This document shows positions 54,806 through 64,000 of a stretch of 64,000 bases of DNA, piece by piece. Origin of the DNA: Trichoplax adhaerens (taxonomy: Eukaryota; Animalia; Placozoa). The stretch spans positions 5,914,659 through 5,978,658 of the forward strand of contig NW_002060948.1 in the NCBI RefSeq assembly GCF_000150275.1. The letters run 5' to 3'. A program made the translations under genes and the position numbers. Each line of letters opens with the position of its first letter. Position 1 is the first letter of the stretch. The notes under the pieces are model-generated. The model was not told where the DNA came from and did no database searches. It saw nothing but the letters and a program-made list of their open reading frames with translations.

Positions 54806-56254
54806 TGTAGTAAAAGGACTAAAAGTAGAGTCCTTTGTAGTTTTTAGTATGTAATTAGTATTATTTTACTATAGAAAATACCTAGAAAGTGATAGTGTCT
54901 TTAAGTTTTACCCTGCCAAATCATCATGTCGCCATCTTTTCTTCTTCATTATTTTACAAGGTATTATATAGATTACTATAGAAGTAGCCCAATAGAGCAA
55001 ATGCCTAATCTAAAGAAAGGGCGTTTCATCGTCTATTCAAATTGTAAAGAAATTTGACTTAGTAGCAAAACCCTATCCTTAGAGAAAGGGGATTTATAAC
55101 ATGACGATAAAGTACTGTAATGTAGTCTATACTCGTACAGTTACAGTACAATCTGACGCTAAAACATCAACTGTCAATACTCGCGAATACTAAGCGATAC
55201 TAATGTCAGAAAAGTAGTCGTAGTAGTCATATAAATTTTTTTGATAAGCGATTACTGTGATCTTCATAAAAACCGAATTTTTCCGGATTTGTGTCCGATA
55301 TAGTTTTCGGATTCTGGGACTGGTCGGGTTTGTGTCCGATATAATTTTCCTGTTTTGGAACCGGTCGGGTTTATTTTTAATTTATGTCTGAATTATAATT
55401 TTCTGTTTTAATTTTTGGATTTTTGTTCATGAAAAATATCGTAAGAGTTGATTTTTGAGATTTGAACTTTTTGTTATGAATTTGAAACTTTGGAATTTTA
55501 TGACGTGACTTGAAGTCACATTAGGAGATTTAGTGAGGAAAATAGAAAATAAGATGGAAATTGGCAGAGGTTGTGTTGATTGTTAGGTAGTTAGAATGCT
55601 GTTTTTATGACTAAATCTTGATATTTAAAGGTTGATTTTTAGACTTTTATAGTGTATTAATGATAGAAATTATGTTAGAAATGAAGTTTGATGTATTTTT
55701 ATAGTTAGCTTGTTACTTTTATAGTGTTTTGTAAGGGAATCGTAGGGTAAATTGTGTCTGAACTTTGAATGATTTTTGTTTTCTTAAATGGTGCAAAGTA
55801 GTTTTCTAAAGCGGATCTTAAGAGCGATTGGTTAGCAAATGTTTAGTTTTAAATACCTCTGACGGCTCTACGAAGCCTATAAATGATAGTGCAATTAGAA
55901 AATTTAGAGAGAGAGTAGAAGAAGATTTTATTTGAAGAACTTGTTGAATTTAAAAGGCCTTCGGGGTCGAATTGTCGTAAGTTAAAACGTTCTTCTTTTT
56001 GAAAGGTTATTTGGTCGTTGACAGTTTTTAAGTCTGTCATTTATTTTAATAATACTTAAAGCTAAGTATTTGTAAGGTTGTTCGGTTTATACTTCTCTCC
56101 ATTTTTGTTTTGAAATAAATTGTTGTTCGGTTATTTCCCCAAATTTTATTTGGTGTGAAAGTATTAGCGTTAAGTCGACCGGAGTGCAACGAAAGTAGAA
56201 TCAAAGTTTGTTAAAGTTTCGTAGCTTGATCTCTACACTTTTCATTTCATTACA
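54806..56254. mobile_element. 1.45-kb TG...CA element, copy 2, with perfect 4-bp TSD
   Basis: CTAT|TGTAGT...ATTACA|CTAT; similar to 23037-24446 over its full length. Confidence 0.9.
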
Positions 56255-56565
56255 CTATGGAGATTGCTGTCAATATTGTACTTACTCACATTGTTTTTGC
56301 AAATATTTTAATATTCTGATTCCAGTAAGAAGAATACGCGTATAACTAGAAGTTTATGTTTATAATGACTCATACGAATGAAGCATATGTAAATTACAGT
56401 TTTAATATAATGCTCCTAATAATGCACTATGTTAAATGAATAAAATTTGATTAAATTGTAACCCATAAGCTTCTATTAAGAAGTTATTTTATATCGTTTG
56501 TCATATAATGATACTATGCAAATGACTTTAATATTACATTCATTTCGCTCTCAAAATTGTATTAG

Positions 56566-56676
56566 ATGATTATTGTTTACCGAATCCTTACTATCATAAT
56601 CAGACCTGTGCTAACGTCAATGAAAGATCCTATTGGGACTGTTTGCAAGATTATTATGCTGGTTTCTGCCGAGAAA
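56566..56676 (+). pseudogene. EGF-like exon paralogous to 27427-27537, with lost cysteines
   Basis: Same 111-nt length and splice sites; reads DYCLPNPYYHNQTC...YWDCLQDYYAGFCRE (two Cys replaced). Confidence 0.75.
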
Positions 56677-57049
56677 GTTAGTGTAAAATAGCTTGCTTAA
56701 CTACGAAGATATTTCCTGACTTTGTTTTTATTCAATATTTCTCTTTATGCTATGGAATATTTCATAATTACAGCAAAACAGCATGTGAAACTGTGCATGT
56801 ACAGTATTCGTTCGTTAGCCAGAGATGATACACTTAATTATTCTTGTTTCATGAAATGTGCTCATATTGGTAAGTGCAGGAACTAAAAATATATTTTCTT
56901 TATATCTATCTAGCTGCCACGAAACCGCGTAATGTTATTTATTTAACAAATTAATTGTTTATTCTCTCCACAAAGGAAAGTAAATTTATTATGCTGCGAT
57001 TTTTAGGTCATATTTAGGCCCCAGTCATTCTGGAGTTAGTTCCTTGAGC

Positions 57050-57920
57050 CGAATTCAGATCCAGATCACTTGAATGGAAGAACTCTGTAAGGATACGTTG
57101 GAGACGATCGAAATCTGTTTTTATGATATCGTCATCACGATCTTGATTTCCTTTACGCGAATAAATCGTACATGCATAGATCGATTCTTGTGAACTATTT
57201 CGAAACATTGCCATTGAAATACGATTCCTTGCATTAGTACGTACAGACAAAATAATGAAATATTTATTCAGGTTTGAAGTTTCTATACGTAATTTATAGC
57301 ATTTTGTTCGTTTCTTCAATAACAAAGCATTTTTAAGGTCAGTAGTTGGCAAGATTCTGTTCGTGTTTTATTCTTCATAATTTGAAAAAAATTGTAATTC
57401 TTAATTGATGAGCTAGGAGAGAATTGACAAACTCTCTCTCATTGTTGCGCTTTCGAGGTCATCTTGATTATTCATCATGCTTATTTAGATTCATTCATTT
57501 ATACTGTCTCTATAATTTTCTCGTCTCAATACAGATGTAACTAGCATGGCTTGAATGGAATCTGTTATCCATGTTTCACAAGTGCCGGAGTACTTGGTTG
57601 TAAATGAATGGATTTCCTTGAATTGAAGTAAATAAACCCCAATTTTCCCCCTTTCAACGCTGTGATTGATTCTTTTATTTTACTAAATAAATTTTTGCAC
57701 TGCTGATCATTGTAGAGGTCGAATACTTGAGCGGGATAAGCATGATCTATTTTATCACGAAAATGTTTACTGTTCAATCGGGATAATATTTTATCTCTTC
57801 AAGAATCCATTTCGACCTGATTTAATCTTGACAGAGTTTACGAGTTCATTCTTATAGGCCCTACCCCTTCTTTATTATTAATAATTCCAACTGAAATTAC
57901 CTCATATAGACTTCAACATA
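57050..57920 (-). pseudogene. Third decayed copy of the ATPase-TOPRIM gene N-terminus, extending further 5'
   Basis: KYFIILSVRTNARNRISMAMFRNSSQESIY...DDDIIKTDF aligns with 43344-43583. The upstream 57790-57920 matches 45460-45580. Confidence 0.85.
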
Positions 57921-60900
57921 TTAAAACGTAAAAGTAGTTAATTAGATTGAACATAATGATGGATGACTATCGAAACTAAGTGGCCTGCCTACTCGTTCAA
58001 TTGTTCGATAATAACGAGATAATAGGCTTCAAGACATCAATCAACTAATTTAGTGAAAATGTAAAAATTAAACACAGTTTACTTGTTAATGTTTCTCTGG
58101 CGTAATTAAGCAGAATTTTTGTTGTCATATCATGTTATAATTATAGGAGTACAGTAGCTATGTAACAGAAAATTAATTAATTATTAACCGTGTGTCGGAG
58201 TATAGAGGCTAGATTGCTGAGTTTCTAAATTGTATCAATAAATAAAGCTGTGCGATAATTGGTGTAATGCTAGCGCGGCATCAAGAACTAATATACAAAT
58301 TTCACTGAATAAAGTGCAAGATAACTACCAGCACTTACGAAAATAAAAGTAAATCACCAGCGAAGCATAACTAGCTGATAGTCAGTTAGTGATTACAGTT
58401 AGAAAGAGATTCTATAAGATAGGGGCGTTTTCTCGTTCATGCCTATAATTTAGAATATCTCGTGTTGATCTCAGTATCCTTGAAAATTGGAAAATTTTAT
58501 AAATTGTACCGATTTAGTCCTTGCAAATCCCATGTAAAACTTACCAGGGATAGCTTAATGCAGGTTATACGTGATTTATTTATGATCCGATATAGTGTTC
58601 TTAGCGGAACAAGCTATTAAAGATACAGTATATGCATCAACTTCTTGCCGTTTAGTATTGAATATGACGGCGTAGAGATACCTTACAAGGTACTTAAACT
58701 ATCAGATTGTCTGAGATAGTTGCTGTGAATATTTATAACCAGTTTAGCAGGCTTAGATTAACTAGTCATTTTACTTTATTCACTACCATATAACACTTGA
58801 TGCAATTAAATACTACGAATATAGCGGTATACGCGAACCCTTTATGAATTCCTGATAGTCCAGAACGCGCGGTCAGTATATCACAACTTAGCTGCTGTTA
58901 ACGCTCGACATTCGCAATAGATCATCAATGACAATAAGGATAATTTATTGAGACGGAATGTCATTTACTTGAGTATTTTGATTATAGATATCGCATAACT
59001 TAAAATCTAATTGGCAGAGTTTTTGAAGCAAAGACATAATTTGCTTGTCACCTTTATTATTTGCATTGGCAATACGATTATCATAAGAATCATAGTAAGG
59101 TTAACATTCCCGATTTAGAACACAATTTATTTCACTATTACCTAACCCGAAATCCAAATACTAAGTAAAAGTCAGTATTATGAAAGAAATTACTAGAATG
59201 AATTACTTCAAGGTTTCAATGTACCATTACTGTATATCTTCTTGAGCAAAATGGACTTGTCTTATATATATAATCTGCACGCATACACCACCAATAATTG
59301 CATATCTAAACTGCTGAGTAGTATATCTCTTGATATAAGAGTCACAATGTATCAATTGGACAGACCACTACGCTTTTTTATTTCAGCAAAGTTTACACTT
59401 TCTGAATATTACTACTAGGTTGATAGTAATTACTATAATCGGGTTGGTAATTGTAATTGGCTGTAGACACTGTCGCTGGATTTCCGACGTATCCAGTTAC
59501 TACAGCATCTTGTTGCAAAGGTACCTACAAGTTAGTATAATAAATTCGAATATAGTTAGAAATAGATAACTAAATATGACTAAAAGAAAGTTAGCAATAA
59601 AATTGTTGATTTACCGGCATGGTTGAAAGATTGGTAGCATTACTGATAAAAGCTTTCCTTGGCACTTTGCGAAATATAACCGCACCATGTATGCAATAGT
59701 AAAAGAAGAAAATGTAAATCGCAACGGTGATGCTAGTACCAACATAAGCTATTACTGTAGGCGCTTGAGCAACCTGACCAATAGTTTGGCCATTTTGAAC
59801 TTGATTGGCGATTGAAACAGTCATTACAGCCAATGTTATGATTGTAAAAACCAGCCCTCCAACAGTGGTAATTGCACTGATGATCGAAAAGACGAGATGT
59901 GCTATAGCCTATCATCGACAGCATTATAGTTGTTGATGGTAAAATAGAAGAATGCGAAAGGAATCATAGGTATATAGTATTACTATATGTTGATTAAAAC
60001 TTGAAACAGTCACATTTTTATTGAATACTGTTGTTCACATTATTTATATTGCAACGGTATGGTAAGTTTAATTTATACCTAAAATTTAATAGTTTGAATA
60101 TGTAATCCAATTTAACCATTATTCTTATGCTACAATTATACTCCCATCATTGCTATGGATTAGTCGTTATTACGAGTGGAAAATTATTAATCCAGCAACA
60201 ACTTTAAAAGGTGGAAGTTGGGTAAATGAAAATTTTGTACAAAGATATGAAAATTGGGCGGAGAAATGGACTAGAAGTATTTTTCGTAGATCTACTGTGA
60301 ATGATGACATTTCAAAGTGAGTAATGTAAACGTAAAACCTTTGCTATAACTTTAGCCCCTTCATTTATGTAAGACGGAGTAATGGGTCTACTAAGTCATT
60401 TGTTTACCAAGCAAATAAACGTATTTATACTTGATTTCGCTTACAACTTAGGGCTGTTTAATTTTAGTCGGAAACTGACTGGTACTAATGAAATTCTTTC
60501 GTTAAGGATCGTACACTACATGATCATGAAATGATAGTCCAGTAAATCATTTATTCACGGCATAGACGACTGTTTTTAAAATTGGTTTCACATTTCTCTT
60601 TAGGCAAATCACATTGCACTTATTTCATAACTATTAACAGTATGCAAATAATACATGAAATTAATATGTTACTATATTACTACTGCTTCAGTTAAATAGT
60701 TGTAGACTTTACTATTAGTAAATAACATTGAACTTTAAAAATAAGCAGTCGATTATTTAATGACAGTAAGAATTGTATAAAGAAAAATTCATTTAATATA
60801 TAATTATTCCGTGCGTTTGTATAGCAAAAATTTAACTGACAAGAACATATATTAGTAGCCTAAAAGGGCAAAAATAGCCTTGCTTACCACATTATGACGA

Positions 60901-62170
60901 TATTGGCCTTTCCTGTATCCGCAGATGCCCAAGATACTGGTGATTAATATCTACATTATATCAAAATTAAAACGACAAAATTGAGTTCTATATGATAAAC
61001 TACTTTTATTTCCAGTTCAAATACATTTCAAGTTTTCCTTGTATGTAATACAGTCTACAGAATAACTTGAGATACGATTGCAAGATCGAGTAAGAATAGT
61101 TTAATTTCTGTGTAAGTACTGTAAGTTATGCTATAGTGCTATACGCATTGATAATGTACGCAAGCCTTCTTTACAGGCAACGAGATGTAAAGAGATTAGT
61201 GGACAACTTGAATTACTGCAAAACCGTCTTAAAATCGATGGCAAGCTAGAAAAGGATGTAAAGCGACTTTATTTTTCCTATTAAGGCTGGTTGATTTTCA
61301 CTAAGTGCTAGTGAATGATGACCAAGTTGATTGGTCAGGGACTACTGAAGAAAAATGTAAGGATTCAAGCCAATCGTAAACTCTCGGATATTTCCAGAAT
61401 AAAAAGCAGAAAATGCTGACAGAAATGTAAGCGTTTTAACTACATTAACGAATCAATTGATTGTCAGCGTTCGGAATATTTTAATACTAGCTATAGACTA
61501 ATATGATGTAGAGTTCTAACGAACATTTTCACAAACGCATTGACGAACATAATAGTTCCTGACTGAATACTGTTTGGTAAGTCTTTGACTTGATCGCTTC
61601 CGACTGGGCAAAAACTTGAAAGAAAATGTTTTATTGGAATATGTAAGGTTAAACTCATTGAATGTAGAATTGTTTAATGGACGAGTCGTAAGACACAGAC
61701 TATGAAGCAATTTATCAGTCGCTACTTTACTTTCATTGGTAGTGGAAGACTCGTTGTTTCAAGATATGCTACGGTGTTTATTTTATTCTTTGGTGTAATC
61801 ATCTCAATGTTGAGGCTTGTATACTGCTTGTGGACAAGTAGAACATGTTGCAAAAAAAAATTCAACATACCGGAACGGTTACCCAATAGCAATTCAAGGC
61901 GGCGAGCAAGCCAATCGCGAAGATGGTGACATATGGAACAAACAATCCCATTATTCCAACAACCAGAAGAACGGAAGAAAGTACAAGAGAAGCAATGGAT
62001 AAATTGCTCACTACCATCAAGGTACGCATTAGTCCCGTATTGGCACTATTCAGCATATTGGGATCGAAATTGGCCATTTTGTGGCGTAAATAAGATTTTC
62101 CTTTTTCCTGTCTTCTCAACTCTATCAAGATGAAGATGAAAGTAATTAAGAAGAGTACTTAATCAATATC
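57060..62170. repeat. Segmental duplication paralogous to about 45260-51900 (ATPase-TOPRIM N-terminus plus MS4A-like gene)
   Basis: Collinear intronic and intergenic similarity with indels: 45810-46460 to 58312-58975, 47155-49160 to 59010-61035, and 49172-49740 to 61278-61760. Confidence 0.9.
59393..62077 (-). CDS. MS4A/CD20-like four-transmembrane protein, copy 3 (4 exons, 231 aa, intact)
   Basis: Phase-0 exons at 62077-61871, 60950-60888, 59908-59615 and 59524-59393. There are four hydrophobic segments and a Tyr-rich tail (NYNYQPDYSNYYQP). Confidence 0.78.
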
Positions 62171-62640
62171 AAAGCGACGGGAGTTTGCACTAGTTTATTT
62201 ATAATAATGCCAAGTGTGTCTTCAACGTTCAATTGTACTGTACTATAACAATACAGTACAATGAACCAATTGTCCAACGACCGATGACGTCAGTGAAGAG
62301 AAAGGCCATGCCTATGCGCATGTCCATATTCAGTTCTACACCGTGGTGTGCCGTAGTTGACGGTAGGCTAATAAGCACAGTATGGTATCCATTCCATGGT
62401 ATAAAATACAGTAGTCCTCTTAACTACGGCCCCAGTATGTACTGTAGACTGTACGGTACTGTATACTGTACAGTATACAGTAGAATAGCATAATACTGTA
62501 CTGTATGCATGTACTGTACATTGTACAGTACCTATGACTGACCTATGACAATATAGTGCGCACACCTAGGTGTGCGCACTAGGCTAGGCTCTATTTTAAA
62601 CTTAACGGCAAATCGAAGATTAACTTCCGCTCCCATGAGC

Positions 62641-63397
62641 GGGTATATGCTAGCTTTTATTATTAATAATAATATTATTAGTAACATACCTAGTAGTCCT
62701 ATTGAGTAATGAATGATGGCCAATCATGGCAGATATCCTTGCACGAGCTGGCATCAGCAATATCAACGTTGTGCATGGCAACCAATAGCACCTTATAGTT
62801 GAGAGTCTGATGATCATTGCCGTCGATTGGATAGCGTTCGCTTTCTAACCAAAGATGATGAGCGCCATGCTAATATTAGAGGATTCATGAATGGGTATAT
62901 GCTAGTTTTTATTATTAATTAATAATACTATTAGTAACATACCTAGTAGTCCTATTGAGTAATGAATGATGGCCAATCATGGCAGATATCCTTGTACGAG
63001 TTGGCATCAGCAATATCAACGTTGTGCATGGCAACCAATAGCACCTTATAGTTGAGAGTCTGATGATCATTGCCGTCGATTGGATAGCGTTCGCTTTCTA
63101 ACCAAAGATGATGAGCGCCATGCTAATATTAGAGGATTCATGAATGGGTATATGCTAGTTTTTATTATTAATTAATAATATTATTAGTAACATACCTAGT
63201 AGTCCTATTGAGTAATGAATGATGGCCAATCATGGCAGATATCCTTGTACGAGCTGGCATCAGCAATATCAACGTCGTGCATGGCAACCAATAGCACCTT
63301 ATAGTTGAGAGTCTGATGATCATTGCCGTCGATTGGATAGCGTTCGCTTTCTAACCAAAGATGATGAGCGCCATGCTAATATTAGAGGATTCATGAA
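62641..63397 (+). repeat. About 253-bp tandem repeat, three near-identical copies
   Basis: GGGTATATGCTAG begins units at 62641, 62893 and 63146. Confidence 0.95.
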
Positions 63398-63529
63398 TTC
63401 CTCTATTTGAAACGGCCGATGACAAGATCGATGTGACTGGATTAGCAACATGTCCAACACGTTACAGTGTTGGAAATGGAATACAAGTGTAGTAATATTT
63501 GAAGCAGATTGGTTGGAACGGTAAAAGAC

Positions 63530-64000
63530 ACTATCATCGAGTTGAGGAAAAGCCTACCCTTGGCAGGCTCAAGTCTGAACTTGTAGGCAACGCTTGGTTG
63601 TAGTCAATTCATCGAACCAAATGGATTGAACAACTGTAGACTGTAGAGATGATCCTTGACTAGATTCTTGTTCGAGCTCATTATTGCTCTACGATTCTGA
63701 ATTCTGTAACAATAAAAAGCATTCTATTTGCTTTAGTCAATGATTTGGTAAGTATTCGATAAGATGGAATGGAACAGTTGTGAAATACATTTATTACAAC
63801 AAGATTAGTCAATATCGTCATTTTTCAACTTCAGTACCAAATGAAATCTATCCATCAAGGAATGACGCTATGATCGGCATAGGCTACAAATAACCATTGC
63901 TTCAATCCATAAATTAAACTCATAATAAGTAAGATGAATTATGAACGAGTAAACTGCTCGGTCAATGACCGGGTTTGGGCGTTATGAAGTGGGGAAAATG
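63530..64000 (+). repeat. Interspersed repeat, copy 2 (matches 11386-11857); runs off the window
   Basis: Near-identical direct repeat of 11386-11857. Confidence 0.95.

Overview
AT-rich eukaryotic (animal-type) genomic DNA with many short GT-AG introns and two 50-N scaffold gaps. The compact gene structure and gene content suggest an early-branching metazoan such as a placozoan (inference only). The left ~11 kb holds housekeeping genes: mitochondrial isoleucyl-tRNA synthetase (IARS2, minus strand), a TEDC1-like gene (plus strand), a modular ~194-bp tandem array, and an orphan first coding exon of PACS. After the second gap lies a ~52-kb duplication-rich block bracketed by a near-identical direct repeat. 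It contains five copies of an MS4A/CD20-like four-TM gene (two intact), a secreted EGF-SRCR-SRCR gene plus decayed paralogous exons, a 5'-truncated mitofusin/dynamin-like GTPase, and solo-LTR-like elements. The most notable feature is an intronless ~1,290-codon reading frame encoding a bacterial-type ABC-ATPase fused to a TOPRIM (DUF4435/OLD-type) nuclease, the architecture of prokaryotic anti-phage proteins (PARIS AriA/AriB, OLD, GajA). It is interrupted by five in-frame stops with no frameshift, and two further partial copies of its N-terminus lie nearby. The block looks like a birth-and-death, possibly immune-related, gene island.
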